From the NCBI GenBank assembly GCA_047495785.1, contig JBLDXI010000032.1, positions 2,666,001 through 2,730,000 on the forward strand: a stretch of 64,000 bases of DNA, read 5' to 3'. Shown here piece by piece: positions 24,076 through 38,061 of the stretch. Positions within the stretch are counted from its first letter, which is position 1; every line of letters begins with the position of its first letter. The stretch comes from Lepidodermella squamata (lineage: Eukaryota > Animalia > Gastrotricha). A program made the translations under genes and the position numbers. Under the pieces are notes generated by a model. It saw only the letters and a list, made by a program, of their open reading frames with translations. It was not told the origin of the DNA and did no database searches.

Positions 24076-25580
24076 TCAAGCCAACGATAAACGATGTTGG
24101 CCAGCTTGAGGTTGCTGAGTGGTGGGACGTCGCGTGGATGCGCATACTTGACACGTAACGGCGAGGAAATTCAGAGCAAGACTTGTCGAATCTGTTGACT
24201 GCGAGCGCCAGTTCATGTGGACAGCCCCGCATCGACGAATTGATGCGGCGGTCATGCACAGTTTGGTGCAAACAGCGCATATGCATTGGTTTTCCAGCTG
24301 TGACACGATAACCTCAGGAATGTGTCGCCAATAAAACGGTAGTCTGTAATTACAGTAATAAAATTCATGATTCACCGGAAAAACAGTACTCACAAATTCT
24401 TAACGGTAGATCGAGCCGAAAATTCGAATAACGACGGTATGATTCGACCAAAAACCATAGGCTCAGCCGTGATTTTTCGCATAGTTTCCAAAGATGTGCC
24501 AGATTCTTCACTCGGATTAGAATTCAGCCCACTGATATCGAAATCAGCGTACAATTTGGTTAACTTGTTCACCCAAATTGTATTCAACGGATTTTTTGAG
24601 ATGTCAAGCGTGATAATCGAAGGAGGCACCGCATTAATCACCCTGATCTGGTTGTTGTTCAAAATCAGCGTGCGAACCGATTTTAAATTCATAGCAGATA
24701 TTGGTAACGAGATCAATTGGTTGAATGAAAGGTCGAGGCTTGTCAACTTGTTAGCGCGAGAAAAAATCTCCGCACTGATCGTTTCAATTCTATTCTTGGA
24801 CAATTTCAAAGTTGTCAGATTAGGTATTGATACCAGTTCACGAGGAAATTCGGATAAATTGCAATCCATCAATTCCAATGCAGTCAAACTAGCCAGTTGA
24901 TCAGACCGCGCGAAAGAAATGATGCGGCATTTTTCACACGAAAGTGATAAAACGTAGGTAACTCCTTCGCTCAATCTCTTCAGCACTTTTCCATGAATAA
25001 CTTCAGACTTCTTCAGAACAGAGGTTGCAATAGTTTGCCGACGTTTTGCCGGAACTGCGGGCTGTTCAGCAGGAGGTTGCATAGCATTCGACACAGCTCT
25101 TTTACCATTGCAGTTTTTCACTTTTGAGGCGGGAATTAGCCCTTGCTTTTCTTCAGGAACTGCGTTTTCTTTATCGCATGGATTAATTTTGCCCTTAGTA
25201 GGCAGTTGGCCAATTATGCACAAGTCAGAATTACCATTTTTCGGTGTAGACAAAGATCTCAAGTACTTGATGGCCTTCACGAAACGTTTCAATCCATTGG
25301 TGTCCTTTGCTTGAAGCATTATATCTTGAGCAGCTTTCTTAAAACGCAGAGTGGCTTTGCCTTCTTCGATGAATCGGTCGAAAATCGATGACAAATCTGT
25401 CACATTATAGCTTAAAATCAATTTGGAGACAAATTGCAGCTGAAGTAACCCGGTCTTGGTTAAGGTAAGAACGCCATATTTAGATTTGTCCTTGATCATA
25501 CCAAGCGTGCTTTTGTTATCCGATATCACTATTGAGCATGCTACGGTGATTTCCCCAGAGCATGATGTAATATTAGACAT
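24076..25580 (-). CDS. LRR1: Leucine-rich repeat protein 1 (CRL2 substrate receptor); exons 25580-~24394 and ~24343-24076
   Basis: N-terminal PIF1-like domain (IFDRFIEEGKATLRFK...DIML), LRRs (LTTLKLSKNRI, LTSLDLSFNQL, VRTLILNNNQI), BC/VHL box (IPSLFEFSARSTV) and a Cys-rich tail (CICAVCTKLC...CQVC). Confidence 0.82.
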
Positions 25581-26757
25581 CCTAAAAAATCAAGTAAGTA
25601 TACGGTTTCAAACTTCAAAGGCAATCTGGCTTTCACCTTGCAAACAAATAAGGAACGTCACATAGGATACTCAATTCGATCTACGAAAACATTTAAGCAG
25701 CTACTAGCTGTAGAATCAAACGACTGATGGCAGTTAATAGTTAACAAGAGAAGAGTATACCTAATCAAAGTCAAAGTATCACCAAATCCTCTTGCAGCGT
25801 ATCAGCAGTCAAAGACTTGAACATTAAACGAATGGACTCTCAATCCGAAATCTCATAATATATTAGGGTGAATGTAGTGGATACTACAAGAATTTGAAAA
25901 TGATTAAAGAAACTTGGCGAAATTACCTTATCCGGTAATTTAGGATTTAGGACCAGGTTGAGAAACGCCAACTCTTAGTCAGTATTAAAATTTAAAATGA
26001 GTAAGACCGATAACCACCAGCCAACACGGTGGTCACGCAACAACTCAAGCTACAACCGTTCCTTTCAAAAAAACAGCATGGAAATGCATTCAAAACTTAC
26101 TGCTGGCACATACTTGAGCCTAAAGCAGAGGCAGCCATGGCACAAGCATGAGGTCCGGAACCATCTCAGCCATCAGCCGGAATCGTTCACACGTTCAGTT
26201 ATTGATAACGTGCTTTTCAATTCGATTGGGAATTTGAATTTCGCGGGTTGTTTTGTAGTTTTCTATTTATCATTTAATTAAACTGAAAAATCTTACTTAA
26301 AATAAGATGTGAAATTATTGTTCAAGGAGACAATTTCAAATTTTAATACCGCGGAAATCTGGTCTTGCGCGGATTTCCGTGCCAAAAAGCAGGGCGTTGA
26401 GTGTGCAAGAACTCGGTGCAACCGGAATCTGTTCTCTGCAGTTTGCAATTTGCATTTGTGCGAGAGGAAGCCAGCTGCCCGGAAAAGGATTCACGCACCA
26501 TGAACAGAGTGATTGTGAATTTGGTTTAGGGTTTAGATAACTCGATATGCGTGGTGCGTGGTGGGTGCATTTTGTTTTCTCCAATTCTATTAATCGCGCA
26601 CGACCCTATGATTTCTAGTTTTATATACCCGGCGCCCGGCGATACAGTTTAAATTATCTCGACTTATGCGTCTACCGTTCCTTCCGCCATGAAGCTGTTA
26701 GTTATGGTTTTGAGTGTTGATCAACAACCAACCACCAACCACTTGTTAGTTGTCAGC

Positions 26758-27109
26758 CAGTGGCGGAGATACGGGGGTGATTAGGGGTGCACGTGCACCC
26801 CCGGTCTTCACCCCCCAAAATGGACCTCGATGGCGCCCTTACCGAGATACCCACAGGGGGGACCCTTAGGCGCGGCCAGCCTGGCGCCTTTTTCAGGAAC
26901 CAAAGGGGGGACCCATAAGTTGTTGGTCTTTTTCCACTAATCTACATTCGTTTCAATGATCGATTTTTTGCTTTTGCCTATTGATGTTGCGTGAGACCAG
27001 CACCACTTTACTTTTCGGTTTTCGGCGCTCGGCGCCTTAGCAGAGACTACCTAACTCGGACCTCATTGGCGCCTTGCACCCCCGGCAAAATTTCATATCT
27101 CCGCCGCTG
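26758..27109. mobile_element. Non-autonomous hAT MITE (352 bp)
   Basis: 14-bp TIRs CAGTGGCGGAGATA / TATCTCCGCCGCTG (1 mismatch) with a perfect 8-bp TSD TTGTCAGC at 26750-26757 and 27110-27117. Confidence 0.92.
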
Positions 27110-29094
27110 TTGTCAGCATATCCAACTTTGCTATATGCTAGCTAGCCTATCGCAGGACGTAGGACGTTGAGCTACTAATTACTAATCACTGGCGATTGGT
27201 CGCTGAGTGGGCTGGGCGTAGCTTGGCGTAGCTAGATGCTCAAAGTTAATGTCAAATAAGCTTATTTGCCTGACGCATGTAGCTAACTGCTCTCTGCTTG
27301 CTTTTGGCTCACGGGGAGTCTGATTTGACGGGGACGCATGCGTTCCATGCTTTATGCCGATCCTGTATCGCTGCAAAGAAACATCGAGGATAATTTACCT
27401 AAGACCTTAGACTCGGACACTTATTTTGCAAAGTTTACTTGAATGAGATTGCACATAACCATGCAATTGAAGCCATGCTTGCGATTTTTTAATTTCCAAA
27501 ATTTTATTTGCTCGGGTTGAAAGTCATTTTTAACTTTTTTCCCGTTTGAAATGCTTCCTGCTACAATACCTGAGATGATTTATTTGTTAAGAGCTCAAGT
27601 CCGAGTTCGAACGCTCAGAACAATAGTTATTCATGCAATTCACAGGAGCCGGCAGAAAAATCGTGGTCAGTTCGGTCCGTTTCAGATTCCGATGTGATAG
27701 CGCGGATTAGTGTGCATTTGATTGTCGAGCAAACCTTTGATGAAATGTAGAATCACATTTTCCAAGTCTCTCTAAACTTGCGATTATTTTATAATTTTAT
27801 AAGACATGGCGATGAGAGGTTGTGGCGTCTGGTTGCTTACTAGGGGGGCTCTGCGAGTGGTTCACATTTTTCAGCTCGGAAAATCAACTTAATGACGCTC
27901 GGAAATCAACGCTATTGCATAAAATATCTTCACTATTCGTTGCTATTCCTTGATTCCGTTTTACTCTTCCAGCTTATTTGTCTTTGACTGGCTGCACTTA
28001 TTAATGACATGCGGTTTCAATTGCGGCGTGACTTCACCCCTGAGGCATTTATTCTGGAGTATTTCCGTCATACTTGGTGCTATTTTTATTTTCTTAAGCA
28101 AACTATTGGCAAAATACTGGGATCGTTGTTTACAAATGCGCGTAGGAACGATGAGTATTTTGCACTAGGGTAATCGCTTTTGCCGAAATAAACTTTTACC
28201 GCTTGGTGTCATTAGCCGGTCCGATCGGCCAAAATATTTATGTTTTTATTTTGTTTGAATAATAATTGTATTTTGTGTCTTACAAGCGCCGCCTTTCCCA
28301 CAGCTTATTTTCATTAAATTCACGCTCGCATATGTTCATTGTATGTGTGGCAAATTACATTTTTTGCGGCACTTTGGGTAATAAATAGAGTTGCGCCCCC
28401 GTTTTACAAAATATTATCGGTGATTATGCAAATTTCGGACTTCTTTCTAGAGGCGCGCGCTGTTGCGAAGTTCTTCCGTTTCATAAAACTATTTGTTCGG
28501 CTGCTTTTATTGCAGCCTTCTACTATTTCCTGCGCCGTCGTAGAAAATCTATCGTCCAGTGTCGAGTGTTTGTGACCGGCGCGTTGCAAAAGAAGAAGGC
28601 CCTGTAATTAAATATTGATGGACAGAAAGAAGGCTCGCGCTCGATCAATAGATGTAAAGCGCTTTGTGTTTAATTAAGACCCGATTGACCGGCCCTTCTC
28701 TCGGCGCGCTCGAAATTATTATTATCTATAAGCAGCAGTGGGGAGGCGCGCTTTTGAGACAATGAATCGATTGATCAAATGTTGTATTTAAAATTTGTTT
28801 TGTTGCTCACTAGGTGTTTTATTCATACATGCTGAATGCTGCATGAGACATCAAATTACCCCGCGACGTCTTTTTCGCGTTCGTCATTGTTGTTTTATTT
28901 GTCCAGATTCGATTTCGTGGCTTCCTATACTTCACATGACGACAATTGCTGGCGTCTTCTTCAAGTGAATTATTGAACATTTCGATTGTGTCTTGCCGGT
29001 CTTCTCGCGTCGCGTAATCTCGCAAAACGTCAAGTAGTCCACTAAAACTGCTTGTAAACAACAAAAACGATGCTCATTTGCTCGTGTTGAAATT

Positions 29095-32000
29095 ATGGCG
29101 CTAAATCTGGCCTGGATTTTGCGGCTAAGGTGGCGCTTGATCTGCATGGTCCGCCGGCAACCGCTTTGGTCTCTCGTTTCAATCGTCATAGGAGTCTGCG
29201 TTTTTACGGTTTTTCTACCAATTCTGTGGTCGGCTCGGTTATTCCAAGGGCGACATCAAGATTCGGCCGCTTTGAACAACGCATTTAGCAACCTGCCGCC
29301 TAACAAAACACCGTCGGCTTCTTCATCGAAAACCGGGTTTGTTTTACATTAGATAACCGTGTACCTTATAGTGTTAATTGCTGACTCGCGTTGTTTCACC
29401 TGAGGCCACACTGTTTTGTCGGCATGGGTTTACTTACAAATTGGTTTCATTGTTATCTGCCGGCCATCTGTTTATACAGTTTTGCGTGCGTGGCTAGCGA
29501 GCTAGCTATATCGATTGTGTTTAGCGCTTATCATTAACGCCTCGCCCGATGCTAACGCAGAGCGCATTATCAATAATATTATTTGTTTACTTCCAAGTTC
29601 ATCTAAGGCAATTATTACATTTTCGCTGCCCGAGAATCAAGTGAATAGTTTGATAGTGAGATAAGAAGATCTAGCCATTTGCGATGCAGAACAATTGTTG
29701 GTGCATTCGCGTAAGCTATGACTCATTTGATTAAGAGAATAGCCAAGAATAACAATCTGGGAAACGAAATTTGGGACAGGACAATTTTTCACTGTCGGCT
29801 TCAGATGGGTGCCAGCGTTCGACTCATCGCTGTCTATTTCAGCCGTTTAGCTGTCAAAGTGAAAAATTCGTCCAAAATTTAAAAAAAAATTGAAAATAGA
29901 AGAAAGCTCTGCCGTTTTTTCGAATTGAAAAAAATCATGAAAAAGTGATATTTTATGGTTGATGTTTTTATTGAGTGATTTTAAATGCCGACAGTTCGTC
30001 CCCGTTTTAAAATTGTAAATACCTCTGAAATTACCTAGACTTCATCCCCACAAAATTTACTTGAGAAACTGTGTTGAATTTCCAATTTTGTATTTTCCCT
30101 ATTTAAAAAAATATTTATTAACCGAATTTGTTAGTCATTTTTTTACATCAGATGCCTGGAATGTATCTTGGATGCAAACGTCTCTAATATTTGTTTCAAT
30201 TATATTTTAGGCGTCCTCAGTTGGCGTTTCAGTGCGACAACCCACCGTTAACCCTGCCAGGGTCACGTTCACCGCCTACCTCGACGACATCGACAGCTAA
30301 TCTAGTTGCGAATATTCAGAAATTCAAGCTGAAACCGCACAGCAAAGTGTTGTTACTTTTGCAGTCATCGCAGTACTCGCAACTCGCGACCGACCTTGTC
30401 GTCACCTTTGAATGGGCCAAAGTGCCTTACCGCGCCGAGCTAATCAAACACAGCCTGCCGTATCTCACGCGATCTGATCTCGGTAAATACGCCCTGGTCG
30501 TTTTCGAAAACGCGTCGTCCTACTTCGAAATGGACCTGTGGAATCGCCAACTTTTACACACTTATTGCCGCCAATTCGGCGTAGGAATTGCGGCGTTTGT
30601 ATCAGATCTACCCGGCGCGAATAATTATTACAAGTTCAAACACTCGCCTGATAGCAGTGATTATGTCGAGATTGAAAAATTGCAAAATTCTCCCCTAAGT
30701 GTGATATTGACGAATAACTCGGATGTGCTTCGAATATCGCGGCCAGGCCTTGTTTGGCAATTCGACGAAAAGCGACCAAGATTCAGTGAAACGTGGAATT
30801 ATTTCCGATTTTCTAACCAGTCTGCCTTTCGAATTTTGGCATCGGCAGCGCCTGAAGACCGTGGGCCTGCCGTGCCGATTGCGATTGAAGACCTCGGCCT
30901 GGTCGACGGCGTTCACCGGGTGCTATTCGGCCATCCCACCCTCTCGTTTTGGCTCAATCGCGTCCTTTTTCTCGACAGTCTTTCTCTGTTGCTATCGCCT
31001 TACGCAGCTCTCATCCCGCTCGAACGCTACCTCCAGGTTGACATTGACGACATTTTTGTCGGCTCGGTCGGCAAACGGATGACTGTTAGTGACGTGCATG
31101 AGTTGGTGGCGTTTCAACGTCGACTCCAGTCGAAGATCTCGCTTAATTTCAAGCTGAATCTCGGCTATTCCGGTGGCTATTTTCTGCACGGCGACGAAGA
31201 GGAAGATGCGGCCGATCGACTGCTGATCTCACTCGGCGCAAACTTTAACTGGTTCCATCACAGGTTAGCAGAAGGGATACATTGATAATTTATATAGACA
31301 TTTTAAAATTTTAATCAATACATAATTGATTTCAAATATGATTCGATTTTAAAAATCTAAAAATATACTGTAGCCCTAAGTGAGAGGGGAAGCGATGTCT
31401 TATCTCAAGCGGTAAAAAATGCTGAGCTCTACAACCTGTCAAGAAGAATAAAAAATCCGGAGAATTTCGTAGCTGGGGTAGCAGTGGCAGCTGGATTGGG
31501 AAAACCAGGTAAGGGTGGGGAATCCTTTACTCTTCCGCGTAAACAAGCTTTGAAACATGTGGCTTCTTCATTTAATCTTGACCAAATTATATTCTCACTA
31601 ATTCACTGAAAAGTATTATCAATTCAAACCTCCATTTTTGGCTTGTCTTACTGTCTTACCACTTGTCTCTCAAAACATCAGCACGCAAATTATTATTGCA
31701 AAAACCATGACTGGTAACAAAGCGACTAACCATCGTTTGATTGGTCGCTCCAAACATGTGGCGAATTGCCCAGAAATTTTTATGAATCTTCATATTGAAC
31801 CTAGATGGGCAGTCATAATACTCTCATATAATAATCTCATAGCAAACCAATTCAAATGAATAGTCATACTACTTGAGATTGTGAATGTCCTTGCTACTGA
31901 CCGTAATTTTAGCCTGTCTAGTGACGAAACGCGGGAACCTGTCTTGCCGCAAGCACCGAAACAAGAAATCGAGAGTCGCAAACTCGTTGTCGAGACGCTG

Positions 32001-35000
32001 GCAAAGTTTGATGATGGTAATACTATCACCGAGGTCGGTGGTAAATTCAAATCTGAAGCTTACGCTTTGAAAAAATAGTAGTTTTTCAAATACCCGAATA
32101 CCCCTCTGCAAGTCAGGGCCTCTCTTTTATTTGCAACGGTTAGGAGTGTTGGCAGGGCAGCACCACCAGCTGGCCACTGCACAATGATGTTGTGGTCTGT
32201 GGCGAAGTGATGCTGCAATATAACGACCCACACCACGAACCAAAAAGACGACATCTCATGCGTCGGCCGCTGTATGCACGCATGGGCGATCATTAGCTTG
32301 GCGGTCTTATCATCGACCTGCAAAGTCTGAGCTAGCTGGTGGGCGATCGGTATATGTGGGAATCCGGGAAGTAGCCAGTGGATTTGGAGGGCCCATAGTT
32401 GGAGTAGCGCCAACTCGGAAAATACATTCAGCGATCGGCGGAGGCTCAAGAGCTGATTATCGTACTGGCTCGGCGATAACCGAAGTAGTGGGATAACTGC
32501 GGGTACAGGAGCTATGTTCTTTGTTGATGGATCGGTGACAATAAGAACAAAGATCTCGCGCGAAAGTCTGATGTCCTCATCACAGGAGATTTCCACGAGC
32601 CCCGAAATCAATAAGAAATCAATAAGACCGAGATCTCGATTGAGACATCTTCTGGTATAGAAAAACGTCAAAATTTATCGAGAAAACATGCTGCGTGCCG
32701 AAAAGTCGCCATTGAAACAGTGCACAATAAAGGGCCGTTTGGTGATGGTGAGACTAGCCTAGGCTATTCTAGGCTATCTTGAAGCCAGGTCAGCGTCTAA
32801 GAGAGAAATCCAGATAGTGCAGGAGGCTATGTTGGCCTCCGTAGCTAAACGAAGAACAGTGAAACTAACAGCATCGCCATCGAATGTGAAACCATCGCCA
32901 CTGTGAAAGCTGGCAGTGCTGACAGTCGGGTTCTCGCTTGTAGGCGATTGTCCGGATTCATCATTGTCGCAGTCGGGGTGAAAGCGCTGATGGCATTGAA
33001 CACATTGAACCAGGGAAGATTCAATAACAACTTCAAGGCAAATGCAACAATGAGGCAGAGATTCTTCCATACCGAATTCAAATACAAAAAAGTTAAACAA
33101 AGATTGCAGAGCGAATGGCCAATGATATAATTTTGGCGATATTTAAGCTATACTTTACTTCCCGCCATGTTTTCGCGGCAAATTGCGTTGTCGTAAAAGG
33201 CCACTAGTGCTATTTTAGAGCTGTTATGTTGAGCAAAATACTAATAGTAACCGTACAAGGATTTTGACTGGTTATATGCGTTACGTTCTTCCGTGATATC
33301 GCGGATATTTTGTGGGCCATTTTAGTGAACAATTGTAAAATTTAGTATCGACGCTCAAATGTTTGAGCCTGACCTCAATTTTAGCGTACACAATGATTGA
33401 GTAATTCAATTTTTATTTTTAGTTGGCTTCATCGGAGGCCGCATTTGCAGAGCTATGACAAGATTGCTGAGGACATTCTGCTGAACATTGATTTTGCCCG
33501 TCGGCACTCGCTGCCACTCGACCGAAGCTATTCAATCGCCCCGTTCCATTCTGGCGTGTATCCGGTACACGAACCGCTCTTCTCCGCCTGGCACGATGTT
33601 CTAGGCGTTGTTGCTACAGCGACTGAACACTTCCCACACTCTAGGCCGTTGTGGAAACGGCGCGGGTTCATCCACTCGAGTAGTGGTATTAAAGTTCTAC
33701 CGCGGTTGCCTATTGGACTATTCACTCACACGAATTACTTCGACGAGTTTCCAGGCGGTGGAAAAAATGCTTTGGATTCGCAAATTCAAGGCGGTCTCTT
33801 ATTCAATACTTTCCTATTTAATCCGGTAAGCTTTCAAATAATGCCTAATTTTCTGAATCGAAATAAATTAAGGCGGATTTTTTTAATTACTGCTGTAACA
33901 TTGACCTAAAGTTGACTTAAATTGCTAATTTTAAGGTATTTTAAGGTGGACTTTTATTCGATTAATTACCTATTTTTAATGTTTTTTCTCCAGGTTGCTG
34001 TTTTCATGACTCATCAGTCCAATTACGCTCTTGATCGGCTGGCTGTCTACGCTGTTGAATCATTGGTCAATTTTGTTCAGTGCTACACGAGGCTGTCAAT
34101 TCGCTATCTACCGCCGTCTCACCTCGCAAATGTCTACTTTGCTCTATATCCGAACGACACAGACCCCGTGTGGACGAACCCTTGCGATGACCGAAATCAT
34201 TTGGCACTATGGTCGCCAAACAAAACATGCACGCAACTGCCGGATTTGTTGATTGTCGGCCCGCAGAAAACCGGATCGACAGCCCTAGCTCAATTCTTAG
34301 CGCTCCACCCTAAAACTGTCGTGAATTCACCGACGAAGCACGGCTTTGAAGAGATTCAGTTCTTCAACGATGCTCGTTACTATTTGCGAGGGTTAGACTG
34401 GTATCTATCGCTATTTCCTAGCCTACCGCCGCAAAATTTGGACGAAAGTATGCAACTGAGCCTGCCGGCTAATCGGTCAGAATTCGTGTTTTTCGAAAAA
34501 AGCGCGACATATTTCGACAACGAAGTTGCCGTAACTAGAATTCGAGCGTTATTACCCCGCGCGAAGATTATCGTGTTAATCGAAGACCCGGCTAAACGAG
34601 CGTATTCTTGGTACCAGCATCAGAAGGCTCGTGGCAATCTATTAGCCCAAAATGCGACTTTCTACGAGGTTTTGACGTTGAATTCGAAAAATGTGAATGG
34701 GACGTTGCTGAAATCGCTGCGCGGCCGGTGTCTTCACCCGGGCCATTACGCGCAGCACATTGATAAGTGGCTCATGTCATACTCGGCGACGAATATGTAC
34801 TTTGTCGACAGTGCCCAATTGACCAATGACGCGCCTTCGGTTTTGAATGAAGTTCAAAAATTCCTGAAAATCGAACCAGCCGTTGACTACTACCAGTTGC
34901 TGCGGTTAGATCGCAATAAAGGCTTCTACTGTGAAATTGATGCGAAAAACGCGAGTCGCGTGCACTGCCTCGGCAAATCGAAGGGCCGGAAGTACCCGCC

Positions 35001-35187
35001 GATGGACGAAGCGTCGCGGCAGTTTTTGTCCAGCTACTACCGGCCGCATAATCTGCGCCTGCTGACTGTCATGCGACATCTCGGCTATAGAATCCCGGCG
35101 TGGCTGAAGGCGGAATTTGCGGCTCCGAATGGCCGGGTCCTCAACAACGCTGCGCCCGAGCTGGAACCCGCCTCGGCCGCTGCTTGA
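29095..35187 (+). CDS. NDST: Bifunctional heparan sulfate N-deacetylase/N-sulfotransferase; exons 29095-29336, 30211-31263, 33423-33825, 33994-35187
   Basis: Type II TM anchor; deacetylase motifs VDIDDIFVG, WFHHSWLH (spliced) and APFHSGVYPVH; FMTHQSNY; sulfotransferase IVGPQKTGSTAL, FEKSATYFD, RAYSWYQH, CLGKSKGRKYP. Confidence 0.95.
31380..33200. mobile_element. Decayed TE-like insertion in NDST intron 2, with a PHD-like Cys/His fragment on minus (~32950-33060)
   Basis: CCICLEVVIESSLVQCVQCHQRFHPDC (partial PHD finger); several broken coding-like stretches; family not identified. Confidence 0.4.
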
Positions 35188-35951
35188 TCGATCTTTTTAT
35201 ACACCGTTTGAAATTGAAAGCTGCAATAATTGTGTTATAAAAGCGAAAATCATTTTATTGTAAAGAAATTTAGTCTCCATCTCGTGTCTGCTCCAAGAAT
35301 CGCTCACCTGTTTTTTTACACATCATATAATGGGCGTCTTAATAATAGCTAATTATTACGTTCTCTCTTTTTTGTTGATTTAAGTGATGACGCAATCTAC
35401 TATTTTTATATTTAAGGAAGCAATTATTTCAAGGCGTGTTTGACAGCGCTGGTCGGAGATACCAATAATTACGCAAGGTGCTTTGTTTTTACTGCGAGGA
35501 AATGAGGTTTGAAATAAAAAAGTGAAATCCTACGAAATACACGTCTTTTTTGATGAGAAAAACGGGTCTACATTTGAGAGCAACATTTCAAAACTCAGGT
35601 GCCTGTGCGAGATGCTAGCGGATTTTCGCGCGTATACGATATCAGCGCGTGTAACCGGCTGACCTTTGAATTAATTAAAAGTCTTGTAAATTAATTGAGA
35701 CGGTGCATTGCGCTGTCGTCGGGCTGTTAAAACATTTCACCTTTTGTTTGCCATCATAAGCATATATAATTTCCTTGAGGTGAAAAAAGTTGTCCCGAGC
35801 TCCACATATTGGGGTGATTTCCGGTATGATAGATTTATTTACCTGGCTGATTTGTTGACTTTCCTAGTTTGATTAGTAGTTAGCAGTTAATTTTTTTATT
35901 TTAAGGTGGAGACGTCATAATTAGGCATTTTTAGCGGAAATCTTTGCCGCC

Positions 35952-37416
35952 ATGGCAGTCCGCTCATGGTTTATTATGCTTGGAATTTTGGTAGCTGGTG
36001 TCTACGCCCTGGATGACTACAAAAATGCTTGTTCTTCGGAGAACACGCCGTTTCCGAGGCAGATTGAAGTCGATCCAAAACCTAAAAAATACCAGAATAT
36101 CGAGCATGGAATGCAGCTATTTCTTGACTATGAAATACCGGTATAATTTCGGTATTGAAATTGGTAGATATACCTATTTTTCCCAATTTAGTGCGATGGG
36201 TTTATCACGGAATTTCGGTTCTTGTCGAGTGAAACTGTGGTAATCTCTCGATATTTTCACTAATTTTCAAAATTATTTGATGATCATTTCTATAAAAGAT
36301 TTGGGGATTGCACTTGGCAGTGTTTCGGCCGGCATTTGTCGATTCTTATCGTTTCACACAAGACTACTACGTCAACGGTTATTCTACAAATGTACCTGGT
36401 GACACCTGGGTAGTTGCTCGGCCAAGGGAGGTGATAATCGTGAGAAAGGGTGACGTCATAGGTAATTTTGGTCATTTGTAATTCATGTCGTTTTAAGGCC
36501 CATTTTTATGTCAGGATTGTTCTATGATGTTTTCAATGCAACCGTCGATCAAGGGAGAGCGTCCGTTCGATCGCTATCTCGAAATCCGGATGAGCCTATT
36601 TACGGCATGCTGCCAAGAAATAAATCTATCCCACTCCGTTCGAAAACAAACTGCCTCGTTTTCATGCGCGACTCGAGCGGAATGATTGCCAATCAAAGTA
36701 TGATTGTTTCGTTTTCCAACTGAACTTGCTGTAATCTCTCTCTAAATTTATAGCGCTCGTCACAGCTACGGAGGGCCAGTTTACGTATCGCGAACCCGCC
36801 CTGTACGTTATGATCTCAAGCATAGCAAGTTAGTTTGAGTAGAGTCATGTTATGTGCAGATTTGAATATTTTTATATCAGATTCTGGATCTTTCTCGTCA
36901 CGTACTATTCACCGGCTTCTCGGGGTGAAAAACGATCCACCGATTGGCGACAATAAATCAAATGATTTTGCGTCAAAGGCAGCAACTAAAACACCGAAAT
37001 TCAGCGACCAAGGCCTGCAGTTCCGAGATTTGAGTAAATAATTCAGATAATGCTGTACTTTGAATTTACACGCCAGTTTTTTAGAATGCAACCTCCTGCC
37101 AAACATGCAAATGCAGGAGTATTGCCAGCACCGATTATCACTGCGTTATTATTTCGATATTCGAGACAGAAAATGCAAGCATTTCATCGGATGTGATACC
37201 AGCGTTCGACCAGGGCAGACCACAATGGCCTACGATAGCAACGTCAATTCTTATTACACCGAACTGTCGTGGAACAACAATTTCGCGACTAAACCGACGT
37301 GTGAACGCATTTGCGGCGATGCGCGTTACCTGCGTCGCGGAACTTCGAGCAGCAAAGCTACTACACATCGGACGACTACGATGAAGCGGCTGTTTACAGC
37401 TATTCCAATTGGATGA
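35952..37416 (+). CDS. Secreted protein: unrecognised N-terminal domain + C-terminal Kunitz/BPTI-like domain (paralog 1, about 7 exons)
   Basis: Signal peptide MAVRSWFIMLGILVAGVYA; spliced IPCDGFITEFRF...GLHLAVFR...VRKGDVIGLFYD...VRSLS...EPALY; Kunitz-like CNLLP...C...RYYFD...C..F.GC...NNF...C...C. Confidence 0.7.
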
Positions 37417-38061
37417 TCACTAGCTATTACGTTTTTTTATGCCATTTTATGCTATTTAGCCTTATAACTCTTCCTTATATTGATCGCTGATGATATTGAA
37501 TTTCTAGATAAATAAGGTTGACGCAAATTTCCGGTTCAATTTTGTTTTAATTCTTCAATATTCGTGGTTATAGCAATTGGTTTATTATGGGGCAATTTTC
37601 GCCACTGGCAATTTAATTATCTGAAATTTGAATTTTTTAAATTTCTTGGAAACATATCACCCTTTCCAAAGTTTTGCCGAACCTTTCTTTGTCTTTTCCC
37701 TTCACGGTCTCAAAACATTTCACGGCTTTAGAATATGCTAGAACGCATGTATAATGGAGTGTAAATTTAAATTATCCAAGGACGTGATGTTCCATACCCA
37801 ACGGATCTTGAACGATGAGATTAAAAAATGGCTGCGCGGGGTTTTCTTAAGACCGCGCTTAGCGACGTGCTAGTTTGGCCCCACTCGAGCTAACAATAAC
37901 GTTCGCCGTAACAAAGGTGATGTTTTTAACGCACTCCAGCTAAATTAATCACCCGGCGATGAAAAATATCCGCTTAGCAAATTTTCCCTTGTTATTCCTT
38001 CAACTGCCGTTTCCTCTCACTCCTCAAATTTTCGCGCTTTTTACACGCTGCCTAATATAAA

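Noticed and set aside
24367-24900. 177-aa plus-strand ORF
   Set aside because: Antisense shadow of the LRR1 leucine-rich repeats; no independent motif.
25600-28800. Short ORFs between LRR1 and NDST
   Set aside because: No coherent splice model or protein motif; probably regulatory or 5' UTR sequence and decayed repeats.
32060-32671. 203-aa minus ORF as a nested gene in NDST
   Set aside because: No ATG start and no recognisable domain, and it is surrounded by broken frames; more likely TE debris.
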